A DNA stretch of 64,000 nucleotides, taken from Gemmatimonadales bacterium (GTDB lineage: Bacteria; Gemmatimonadota; Gemmatimonadetes; Gemmatimonadales; GWC2-71-9). The stretch spans positions 21,814-85,813 of the forward strand of contig DASSGV010000025.1 of NCBI GenBank assembly GCA_035693225.1. The letters run 5' to 3'. Shown piece by piece: positions 35,126-43,611 of the stretch (position 1 is its first letter; every line of letters begins with the position of its first letter). Both the position numbers and the translations under genes were made by a program. The notes under the pieces were generated by a model. The model was not told where the DNA came from, made no database searches, and was given only the letters and a program-made list of their open reading frames with translations.

Positions 35126-36253
35126 GTGGGACTCATCGCCGCCGCCCCCCGGATCCAGCTCGGCGGCGGTGACGCCCTGCGCGTGCGCACCCGCGACGCC
35201 CGCCCCGTGAGCGACCTCGGCCGGGGGCATCAGCTGACGATCACGCCGGACGGCGCCGGCCTTGCCGTCACCGGCGACGCCGGCCGGAGCGGAGCGGCCG
35301 CTCCCCTCGTCGTCGTGCCGGCGGACGCCGACGGGTTCGTGCGGGTCAACGGACGTGACTATCGCGGTACGATCGAGGTCCGACGCGTCGGCGCCGGGCT
35401 CCAGGTGGTGGAGCGGGTGGGGATCGAATCGTACCTGGCCGGGGTGGTCTCGGCGGAGCTCGGCGACCATCCGGAAGGCGATGACCAGGCTGCGATGGCG
35501 CAGGCGGTGGTGTCGCGGACATACGCCGTCCGCAATGCCGGCCGGTGGCGCGCCCAGGGGTTCGACATCGCCGCCACCGTCGGGGATCAGCGGTACGACG
35601 GCGTCGTGGGCGAGACCCCGCAGGCGTGGCGGGCGGTCCGGGCCACCCGGGGCCAGATCCTTACCTGGGAGGGCCGGCCCATCGACGCCTTCTTCCATTC
35701 GACCTGCGGCGGTCGCACCGCCGACGCGAGCGAGGTCTTCTCCGGCGGGCGCCGGCCGTATCTCCGGTCGATCGCCGACGTCGATGGCGACGGCCTCGCC
35801 TACTGCCGGATCTCGCCCCGCTACCAGTGGCGCGAGGAGTGGTCGCCGGAGGCGTTGGTGGCGGCACTCCGCCGCACGCTTCCCACGGAGGCCGGCGTCC
35901 AGCCCTCGGAAGTGACCGTGGTCCGCGGCATCGAAGTATCGGGCCACACCCCATCGGGTCGGGTCGCCCGGCTCACCATCCGGTTGGGTGGACGGACGGT
36001 GATGGTCTCCGGGGCGGCGGTACGGCGCGTGCTCCTGCCACCGGGGCAGGACGTCCTCCGAAGCGCCGTGTTCACCTTGCAGGCCAGGATGGCGAATGGC
36101 CGGGTGGCGGGACTGGTGGCCGAAGGGCGGGGCGCGGGTCATGGCGTCGGCCTTTGCCAGTGGGGGGCGATCGGTCGCGCCCGCGCGGGGCAGCACTACC
36201 CGGAGATCCTTTCCGCCTATTTTCCGGGTACCAGGCTGACCCGGCAGTTCTGA
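35126..36253 (+). CDS. SpoIID/LytB-domain protein (lytic transglycosylase-like)
   Basis: AQAVVSRTYA and FFHSTCGGRTA motifs. A lipoprotein-like signal peptide is encoded in-frame upstream without a canonical start (see findings). Confidence 0.8.
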   Translation: MGLIAAAPRIQLGGGDALRVRTRDARPVSDLGRGHQLTITPDGAGLAVTGDAGRSGAAAPLVVVPADADGFVRVNGRDYRGTIEVRRVGAGLQVVERVGIESYLAGVVSAELGDHPEGDDQAAMAQAVVSRTYAVRNAGRWRAQGFDIAATVGDQRYDGVVGETPQAWRAVRATRGQILTWEGRPIDAFFHSTCGGRTADASEVFSGGRRPYLRSIADVDGDGLAYCRISPRYQWREEWSPEALVAALRRTLPTEAGVQPSEVTVVRGIEVSGHTPSGRVARLTIRLGGRTVMVSGAAVRRVLLPPGQDVLRSAVFTLQARMANGRVAGLVAEGRGAGHGVGLCQWGAIGRARAGQHYPEILSAYFPGTRLTRQF

Positions 36254-36276
36254 CCTTTCCGACGGGATCCGTTCCC

Positions 36277-37287
36277 ATGACCGCTCCGCTCAGACTCGGC
36301 ATCGTCGGCGCCGGCGCCGTGACCCAGGTGGCCCACCTTCCGGTGCTTCGTCGGATGCCCGAGATCGACGTCGTCGCGTTGTGCGATGGCGACCTGCCCA
36401 AGGCCCGCGCCCTCGCCACCCGGTTCGGGGTCCCGAACGCCTTCGATGACATCGAGGAATTGCTGGGCGCGGAGACCCTCGACGCCCTGCTCATCGCGAC
36501 ACCCAACCACCTCCACGAAAGCCACGTGCTCGCCGCTCTCTCCGCCGGCCTGCACGCCCTGGTCGAGAAGCCGCTCGCGACCTCGCTGCAGGGTGCGCAA
36601 CGGATCGCCAAGGCGGCGCAGAAGCGGGAGCGCGTGGTGATGGTGGGGATGAACCATCGCTATCGCACTGACGTCCAGACGGTGCGGGGGTTCGTGCAGA
36701 GCGGGGAACTGGGCCAGATCGACGGCGTGCAGGGCAGCTGGCACGTCTTCCGGCCGAGCCGGGCCCAGCTGGGGTGGCGCCAGCGGCGGGCCGAGTCGGG
36801 TGGAGGGGCGATGCTGGATCTTGGGCTCTCGGTGCTCGACCTTGGCCTGTGGCTCGCGGGCAACCCCACGCCGGTGCGGGTGAGTGCCACGCTCGATCGA
36901 CCGGGCGGGGAACGCGGTGTCGAGCACTCGGGGAGCGCATTCGTGGTCTGCGAGGAGGGGCAGTCGATCTTCGTGGACGTCACCTGGCGCCACATCGGCG
37001 ATGGGGAGCACCTGGGGGTCGGCCTCCGGGGCACCAAGGGGGCTGCCGTCATCAACCCGCTCCGGGTGTGGAAGGAGCTCAACGGCGTGCCGGTCGATGT
37101 CTCACCCACCGGTGCGTCGAGCCGTGAGAGCGCCTTCTCGGCCTCGGTCCGTGCCGAGTGGGCGCATTTCATCGCGGCGGTCACCGGTGCTGCGAAGGCG
37201 CCGGATCTTGACGACCACCTGACGCTGCACCGGGTGCTGGAGGCGATCTATCGGTCGGCGCACGAGGGTCGGGAGATCGTCCTGTGA
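36277..37287 (+). CDS. Gfo/Idh/MocA-family oxidoreductase
   Basis: Rossmann motif LGIVGAGAVTQ and EKPLA motif. Start trimmed to ATG 36277. Confidence 0.8.
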   Translation: MTAPLRLGIVGAGAVTQVAHLPVLRRMPEIDVVALCDGDLPKARALATRFGVPNAFDDIEELLGAETLDALLIATPNHLHESHVLAALSAGLHALVEKPLATSLQGAQRIAKAAQKRERVVMVGMNHRYRTDVQTVRGFVQSGELGQIDGVQGSWHVFRPSRAQLGWRQRRAESGGGAMLDLGLSVLDLGLWLAGNPTPVRVSATLDRPGGERGVEHSGSAFVVCEEGQSIFVDVTWRHIGDGEHLGVGLRGTKGAAVINPLRVWKELNGVPVDVSPTGASSRESAFSASVRAEWAHFIAAVTGAAKAPDLDDHLTLHRVLEAIYRSAHEGREIVL

Positions 37288-38504
37288 AGGGTGCGGTCGC
37301 GATCGCACTGCTGTTGTGGATCGGTGCCGCCGGACGGGTGGCGGCGCAGGGAGAAGTTCCCGGGGCGTCGCTCGATGTCTCGGTGGTGACGGTGGGCCCG
37401 GGTGCCGCCGTGTGGGAGCGGTGGGGTCACAACATGATCCGTATCCGCGACCGGCGGACCGGATTGGACCTCGTGTACAACTACGGCATGTTCGACTTTG
37501 CCGAGAAGGGGTTCCTGCTCCATTTCCTCGAGGGCCGGCTCAATTATTGGACGGCCGCGTTCTACACCGTCCCCACGCTGGAGTTCTACAGGAACACCAG
37601 CCACCGATCGCTCTGGGAGCAGGCGCTCCGGCTCACCCCGGCCGAGCGGCTCTCGCTGCAGCGGTTCCTCGACTGGAACGGGCTGCCGGAGAACCGCGTC
37701 TATCGCTACGACTACTACCGGGACAACTGTTCCACCCGCGTGCGCGACGCCCTCGATCGTGCGCTCGGCGGCGCCATCGCGCGGGCGACCCGCGGACGAG
37801 CCACCGGGACCACCGACCGCGATCATACCCGTCGGCTGACGCAGGACCAGCCATTCCTGCGCACGGGATTGATGCTGCTGCTGGGCCCCGCCGTCGACCG
37901 GCCGCTCGACGAATGGCAGGAGATGTTCCTGCCGGTGCGCCTCATGGTGCACCTGCGCGAGGTGACCGTCGACTCCGCCGGGGTGCGGCTCCCGCTGGTG
38001 ATCCGGGAGGATACGCTCTCGTTGAGCGACCGGTACCCCGAGCCGGTGGACCACGGAGTCGGTATCCCGTGGTTCCTCCTGGTCGGGGTGCTGGTGGGCG
38101 GGATCCTGGCGGGCGTGACCGGCCGGGGCGCCCGACCCGGGTGGTGGTGGGTGGCCGCCGCGGCGTTGGCGGCCCTGGTGCTGGGGATCGGTGGCGTGGT
38201 GGCGTCGGGACTCTGGGCGTTGACCGACCACACCGCCACCTGGCGGAATCAGAACGTGCTCCAGGCCAACCTGCTGGCGCTGGTGCTCGCATTCTCGATC
38301 CGACCGCTGGCGTTGGGACGCCCGTGGGCCCGACGCCTGGCGCCGCGGCTGGCCATCGCCATCGCCGCGGGATCGCTGGTGGGACTGGCCTGGCATCTGG
38401 TGATCGGCGGCCAGGCCAACGGCGATGTGCTGGCACTCCTCGTGCCGGTGAACATCGGGTTGGCGGCGGGGGTCTGGCGGGTGGGATCGAACAGCGTGGA
38501 GTGA
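37284..38504 (+). CDS. DUF4105-domain protein with a C-terminal polytopic membrane region
   Basis: Signal peptide, then WGHNMIRI...YNYG.FDF and YDYYRDNCSTRVRDALD motifs, then about 5 TM helices. GTGA overlap with the oxidoreductase. Confidence 0.7.
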   Translation: MKGAVAIALLLWIGAAGRVAAQGEVPGASLDVSVVTVGPGAAVWERWGHNMIRIRDRRTGLDLVYNYGMFDFAEKGFLLHFLEGRLNYWTAAFYTVPTLEFYRNTSHRSLWEQALRLTPAERLSLQRFLDWNGLPENRVYRYDYYRDNCSTRVRDALDRALGGAIARATRGRATGTTDRDHTRRLTQDQPFLRTGLMLLLGPAVDRPLDEWQEMFLPVRLMVHLREVTVDSAGVRLPLVIREDTLSLSDRYPEPVDHGVGIPWFLLVGVLVGGILAGVTGRGARPGWWWVAAAALAALVLGIGGVVASGLWALTDHTATWRNQNVLQANLLALVLAFSIRPLALGRPWARRLAPRLAIAIAAGSLVGLAWHLVIGGQANGDVLALLVPVNIGLAAGVWRVGSNSVE

Positions 38505-38534
38505 CGGGCGGCGGCGGGCGCGATGGTGCGCGCT

Positions 38535-40484
38535 TTACCCCTTCTCTGGTTCGTCCTTCTTTTCATATACCTTGCTGTCCACGAACACCGTGAAGAGTCC
38601 CGGGTCGAGCATCCCGGCCTTGACCTCGTCCGACATGATGTTGAGGGCGCGGTCGAGCGGGAGGGCGCGCTTGTAGGGTCGGTCCGAGGCGGTCAGGGCG
38701 TCGAAGATGTCGGCGATGGTCATCATCCTGGTCTGGATGGGGATCGCCTCGCCGCGGACGTGGCGCGGGTAGCCGGACCCGTCCAGTTTCTCGTGGTGTC
38801 CGTGGGCGATGTCGGGCACGCCCTTGAGCTCGCGGGTCCAGGGGATGTTGCGCAGGAACCAGTAGGTGTGGGTCACGTGGCTCTCGATCTCGAGCCGTTC
38901 GGCCTCGTCCAGGCTTCCCTTGCGGATGCTCAGGAACCGGACCTCGTCGTCGCTGAGCCAAGGCATCACCGCGCCGTCGATGGTCTCGTAGGTCCGCACG
39001 GCCAGGTCCTGGAGCTGTTCGAAGTTCCCCTCCGCCAGCACCGTCGGCTCATTGGAGTCGAGCACCACCTTGAGAAACCGGTCCAGGCCCGCGCTCTCCT
39101 CTTCGAACGCCGCCCGGAGCGCCCGCAGGTGCGCGTCGTAGCCGGTGCGCCCGTTCCGCTCCAGGTAGTCGGCACGCTGCTGCTCCAGGCGCCATTGCGC
39201 CGTCCGCTGCAGGAAGGCGTGGCGTTGCCGGATGAGCGTCAGATCGGCGGTGTAGAGCTTCTTGGCCTTGACCAGCACCTGCTCACGGACGCCGACCTTG
39301 CCGAAGTCGTGGAGCAACCCGGCGTAGCGGAGCTCGCGGATCTGGTCGGCGGAAAAGTTCACGTCCCGGTAGGGGCCCTCGCCCACCCGGTCGACCGAGT
39401 GCGCCAGTCCCACGGTCATCGTCGCCACCCGGAGCGAGTGACCGGAGGTCGTCGGATCGCGCTGCTCGATCGCGGTCACGGCAGCCTTCACGAAGCCTTC
39501 GAAGAGGCGTTCGATCGATTCGTAGAGCTGGCTGTTCTCGATCGAGACGCCGGCCTGGCCCGCAAGCGCCTTCACCAGCTTGACGCTGGGGGGCGAGTAG
39601 GCCAGCACCTCCCGATCGGCGTCCTCCGGCGAGTGGAGGAGGGCCCCCAGCGTGCGCTTGCGGTTGATCAGCTGCAGCACGCCGATGGTCTCGCCGTGGT
39701 GGTTGAGCATCGGCACGCTCAGCATCGAGCGGGTACGATACCCGTAGCGCTGGTCGATCGACCGATTGAATGAATACTCGAGGTCCGGGGGCAGGGCGTA
39801 CGCGTCGTCGATGACCAGCGGTTCCCCTTCGGCCGCCGCGTAGCCTGCGATGGACGCGTGGTCCACGGGAATGGTGAATTCCACGAACGGGATGTCGGGC
39901 CGGCTGTGGTTCTGGCTCAGCTTGAAGCGGAGCCGCCGGTGTCCCTGCTCGTCCTGCTCGACCACGTACAGGCTCCCCGCGTCGGAGTGGGTGATGCGGC
40001 GGGCCTGGGTGAGGATCGTCTCCAGCAGGGTGTTGTAGTCGCGTTCGGTGCTCAGGCGGATGCCGATCTCCGTCAGCTCGCCGAGCTCATCGGTGCGGGC
40101 GGCGCTGTCGGCGCGCGCTCGCGCCGCCGCCCGGTGGTCGGTCGCGGCCCGGAATGCCACGCGGAGCGCGAGGAGCGTCTCGCGGGCGCCGGCCGGGGCC
40201 TTCAGGAACGCCGCGAGGTCGAGCGCGGCCAGGGACGCGGGGAGGTCGTCCTCGCCAGGTGCCCCGAGGGCCAGCACCGCCGCGCCGGCCCCCGTGAACG
40301 CGGCAAGTGCGTCGGCGGGCCAGGCCGCCCGGGAGGCGGGATCGAGCAGGAGTGCGGTGGGACGCTCGTCGGGTGTGAGCGGAGCGCCCGCCGCCACGGT
40401 GCGGATCGCCACGCCTTCGGCGTCGAGGATGGCGCGGAGCGGCGCCAGGTCCCAGGTCGACGGATGTAGGAGCAGGTACGTCAC
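38535..40484 (-). CDS. Pseudo-receiver / GAF / HD-GYP domain phosphohydrolase (putative c-di-GMP phosphodiesterase)
   Basis: HD (LLHDFGK) and HHEKLDGSGYP motifs with a long insertion. GAF-like DAGSLYVV region. The N-terminal REC-like fold lacks the acidic DD pair. GTGA overlap with mlaD. Confidence 0.85.
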   Translation of the reverse strand: MTYLLLHPSTWDLAPLRAILDAEGVAIRTVAAGAPLTPDERPTALLLDPASRAAWPADALAAFTGAGAAVLALGAPGEDDLPASLAALDLAAFLKAPAGARETLLALRVAFRAATDHRAAARARADSAARTDELGELTEIGIRLSTERDYNTLLETILTQARRITHSDAGSLYVVEQDEQGHRRLRFKLSQNHSRPDIPFVEFTIPVDHASIAGYAAAEGEPLVIDDAYALPPDLEYSFNRSIDQRYGYRTRSMLSVPMLNHHGETIGVLQLINRKRTLGALLHSPEDADREVLAYSPPSVKLVKALAGQAGVSIENSQLYESIERLFEGFVKAAVTAIEQRDPTTSGHSLRVATMTVGLAHSVDRVGEGPYRDVNFSADQIRELRYAGLLHDFGKVGVREQVLVKAKKLYTADLTLIRQRHAFLQRTAQWRLEQQRADYLERNGRTGYDAHLRALRAAFEEESAGLDRFLKVVLDSNEPTVLAEGNFEQLQDLAVRTYETIDGAVMPWLSDDEVRFLSIRKGSLDEAERLEIESHVTHTYWFLRNIPWTRELKGVPDIAHGHHEKLDGSGYPRHVRGEAIPIQTRMMTIADIFDALTASDRPYKRALPLDRALNIMSDEVKAGMLDPGLFTVFVDSKVYEKKDEPEKG

Positions 40485-41428
40485 TGCGCACCCCCGCTGT
40501 CCGCCGTCACCGCGGAGGTGGTGTCAGGGGGGAGCGGATGGACGCCGCTGATCATCCGGAGCGGGCGCTGCGAGACCTGGTCGATGAAGTGCTCCAGTTG
40601 GGCGCTGGCGCGGGTGAGGTGCGCGACGGTGGTGCGGATGTCGGCCCGATTCTCCGTCCCGGTGCGGCGCGCGAGCTGGACCAAACTGTCGAGGTGCAGG
40701 GTCAGGGTCCGGGTGCTGGACAAGGTCTCGGTCAGCGAGTCCTGGAGCGTGCCGAACCGGAGGTCCGTCCTCCGGACGAGGCTGTCGGCGTGGCGGAGGA
40801 GCGGCCGCAATTCGGCGAGCGAGGAGTCCACCTGGAACACGGAGTGCTGCACGCCGGGGCCCGCGGCCGCCAGGGTGTGGTGGACCTCCCGGACCGTGCC
40901 GTCGACATCACCGAGGAGGCGGCGAGTGTCGGCCAGCACCAGCGAGACCTGGCGGGCCAGCGAATCGGCCACCTGGGCGATCTGGTCGAGCGGCGTCGAA
41001 TGGCGGACGGAGGGGATCGTGTCCCCCGGCGCCAGCGTGCTGGCGGAGGTGGCGGGCGTGTGGAGCGAGATGAGCGTGCCGCCACCGAAGGCGCTGGCGG
41101 CGGCGATGTCCGCCGTGGTGCCGGTGGGGAGGCGCACCGGGCCACCGTCCTGGAACTTGAGGTTGATGCGCAGGTGCACGAGGAAGGTAAGGGTACCACT
41201 CCGCGGGTCGATCCGCGGATTGATGGCGTCGACCCGGCCCACTTCGAGCCCCTGCAGGAAGACCTTGGTGTCGGTGCTGATGTCCTGGGCGGACGCGGCG
41301 GTGACATACAGGTCCCACCGCCGTTGGTTCCACCCCAGCGTGAAATAAATGGCGATCCCGAGCACCAGGACGACCCCGACCACCAGGGCGCCGATGAGGG
41401 TGTCGGCCTGTCGCTCGTTGAGGCTCAC
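40481..41428 (-). CDS. mlaD: MlaD/MCE-family substrate-binding protein
   Basis: N-terminal TM, a single MCE domain (VFLQGLEVGRVDAI) and a long helical C-terminus. Confidence 0.8.
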   Translation of the reverse strand: MSLNERQADTLIGALVVGVVLVLGIAIYFTLGWNQRRWDLYVTAASAQDISTDTKVFLQGLEVGRVDAINPRIDPRSGTLTFLVHLRINLKFQDGGPVRLPTGTTADIAAASAFGGGTLISLHTPATSASTLAPGDTIPSVRHSTPLDQIAQVADSLARQVSLVLADTRRLLGDVDGTVREVHHTLAAAGPGVQHSVFQVDSSLAELRPLLRHADSLVRRTDLRFGTLQDSLTETLSSTRTLTLHLDSLVQLARRTGTENRADIRTTVAHLTRASAQLEHFIDQVSQRPLRMISGVHPLPPDTTSAVTADSGGAQ

Positions 41429-42090
41429 GGGTGCATCCCGGAGAGCCGCGAGTGCATCCGCACCTGGCGCTCCACCCTCGGTCGGAGCATCGCCGGGATG
41501 TCCTGCGACGTGATGAACACGGTGCGGCGACCTCCCTCGGCGGTGTCGCCGCCGCGCGCCACCTCGAGGAGTTCTCCGGCCACCCGATCGCCCAGCCCTT
41601 CGAACGGCTGTTCGAGGATCACCAGCTCCGGATCGAATGCGAGGGCGCGACCAAGAGCCGCCCGGCGGCGCAGTTCGTCCGAGGTATCCGCCGGGCGAAG
41701 GGATGCGGCGGGGCGAAGCCGCAACTGGGCCAGGATCACGTCCACGCGTCCTTCAATGTCATCGGATCGGAAGTTGCTGCCAAAGCGGAGCGGGAGCCGG
41801 ATGTTGTCGCGCAGGGAAAGATTCTGCAGGAGTCCGTCGCCCGCGGGAAGGTAGCCGATCCTCCGGCGGAAGGCGAGACGTTGGCGGCGCGGCAGCTCGG
41901 TGATCGCGCTGCCGAGGGCGCGCACCGATCCTCGGGGCGACCGGCTGAGGCCGAGCGCGTAGCTCCCGAGTTCGTTGACGCCGCTGGTCTCGTCGCCGGT
42001 GACCACGACGGTCTCGTGCTCCGCCACGGCGAGGGAAAACGGCGCCTCGCCGCCGAGGTCGATCCCGTCGAAGACGAGCAATGCGCTCAT
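41425..42090 (-). CDS. MlaF-like ABC nucleotide-binding-domain homologue with all catalytic motifs degenerate
   Basis: Collinear with MlaF (RRAALGRALAFDPELV..PF.G). Walker A is GDETSGVNE, the Q-loop Gln is absent, the signature is TSDEL, Walker B is ILEQP and the H-loop is TSQD. 4-nt overlaps on both sides. Confidence 0.7.
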   Translation of the reverse strand: MSALLVFDGIDLGGEAPFSLAVAEHETVVVTGDETSGVNELGSYALGLSRSPRGSVRALGSAITELPRRQRLAFRRRIGYLPAGDGLLQNLSLRDNIRLPLRFGSNFRSDDIEGRVDVILAQLRLRPAASLRPADTSDELRRRAALGRALAFDPELVILEQPFEGLGDRVAGELLEVARGGDTAEGGRRTVFITSQDIPAMLRPRVERQVRMHSRLSGMHP

Positions 42091-42872
42091 GCCTGGAAGA
42101 CCACAACGAAGATGGCGCTGATGACGAAGATGAGCACGATGGAGCTCACCGTGCCACGGATCACGGCACGGGGGATCTCGGTCGGCGTGCGTGCGATGCG
42201 GAGTCCGTGGAAACTGGCCAGGAGTCCGATGATGAACCCGAAGACGAGTCCCTTCGCCACGGTCAGCACGACGTCGACGGTGCCGAGCGCCGCCAGCACG
42301 TTGGCCAGGTAGCGCGCGCCCGACATCCCCTCGACGCTCGCCGCCAGGTACCCGCCAAAGAGCGCCACGATGTCGAACAGCACGATCAGCAGCACGACCG
42401 CGATGGTGCAGCCCAGGAGGCGGGGAATGACGAGGTAGTGGTTGGGATCGATCCCCAGCGCTTCGAGCGCGCGGACCTCGCCCATCACCGAGTTGGTGGC
42501 GAGTTCCGCGCTGATGGCGGTGCCGCTCCGCCCCACGACCGCGATGGCAGTGAGCATCGGGCCCAGTTCGCGGACGATGCTGACCACGAGGAGCTTGCCG
42601 ATCAGGTCGGCGGCACCGAACTGCCCCAGCTCCCGGATGGACATCTGGATGACGAGGAAGCTCAGGATCCCGCCCAGGAGCGCCACCAGCGGCACGGCCT
42701 GCAGGGCGGTGAACCGGAGCTGGTTGAACAGCACGCGCGTGGCCACCCGGCGGCCGGCCCCGGGCAGGGACGGGGCCGAGCCGATGACATCGAACGCGAA
42801 GCGCGCCGGCGCCCCGAGGATGGAGAGCCGGCGCGCCGTCGCGCCACCGAGCCGGGCGAACAGCCCGGTCAC
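42087..42872 (-). CDS. mlaE: MlaE-family ABC transporter permease
   Basis: RELGPMLTAIAVVGRSGTAISAELATNSVMGEVRALEALGIDP is the MlaE hallmark region. Confidence 0.85.
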   Translation of the reverse strand: MTGLFARLGGATARRLSILGAPARFAFDVIGSAPSLPGAGRRVATRVLFNQLRFTALQAVPLVALLGGILSFLVIQMSIRELGQFGAADLIGKLLVVSIVRELGPMLTAIAVVGRSGTAISAELATNSVMGEVRALEALGIDPNHYLVIPRLLGCTIAVVLLIVLFDIVALFGGYLAASVEGMSGARYLANVLAALGTVDVVLTVAKGLVFGFIIGLLASFHGLRIARTPTEIPRAVIRGTVSSIVLIFVISAIFVVVFQA

Positions 42873-42876
42873 GGCA

Positions 42877-43596
42877 TCACGATTGCTTCACCCGCTGCAA
42901 GCCCTCGTCCGCGGACGTGAACTTGCCGGGGCCGCCGGCCGCGGTGATGGCCCGGCTGTAGTACTCGGTCGCCTTGGTCTTGTCGCCGCGGTCCTGGTAC
43001 AGGAGCGCGCGGCTGTAGAGCGTGAGCGCCTCGGTCGGGACCTTGGTGGCCTTGGCGGCATCCGCCACCTGGGTCGGGAGGGGCGGGAGCTTGGTCTCGG
43101 TCATCAGCTTCCCGGCCACCGACTGGATGATCTTGAACAGGTCGTTCGGACTCATCATCGCATCGTCATTGGAGACCGACTTGAGGATCTCGCCGGTCTC
43201 GCCGTCGATGATCCGGGCGGTGAGCTTGAACTTGCCCCCCAGCTCGATGAACGTGCCGGTGATGTCGTAGCGGGCGCCGACGAGCTTGCCGACCTTGGCG
43301 GCCGTCGCGGCGTCGACCCGGCCGGAGGTGCCGAGGTCCTGCTCCTTCAGGAGGTTCTCGATGGTCTGCCGATCCACCACGCGGGCACCGGGATTCCGCT
43401 GGAGCTCGTCGATGACGAGCGCCGGGATGCCGGTCTGGAGCGCGGCGTAGTCTTCCTTGTCGCGCCCGTAGGAGCCGCCATTCTCGAACGGCAACACCGC
43501 GATGCCGGGGCGGGTGTCCCGCTGGGCAGCGGGGGCCTGTCCGGAGACGGGCGCCGCGACCGCCATCGCCAGCAGGGCCAGGGTGACACGCTTCAT
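42877..43596 (-). CDS. Secreted CsgG/LpoB/FlgO-fold protein with a TPR-like C-terminal tail
   Basis: Signal peptide, then IAVLPFEN...VVDRQTIENLLKEQDLGTSG...KLVGARYDITG...ARIIDGETGEIL pattern. No lipobox cysteine. Confidence 0.6.
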   Translation of the reverse strand: MKRVTLALLAMAVAAPVSGQAPAAQRDTRPGIAVLPFENGGSYGRDKEDYAALQTGIPALVIDELQRNPGARVVDRQTIENLLKEQDLGTSGRVDAATAAKVGKLVGARYDITGTFIELGGKFKLTARIIDGETGEILKSVSNDDAMMSPNDLFKIIQSVAGKLMTETKLPPLPTQVADAAKATKVPTEALTLYSRALLYQDRGDKTKATEYYSRAITAAGGPGKFTSADEGLQRVKQS

Positions 43597-43611
43597 GGGT
43601 GACGCTCCTCG

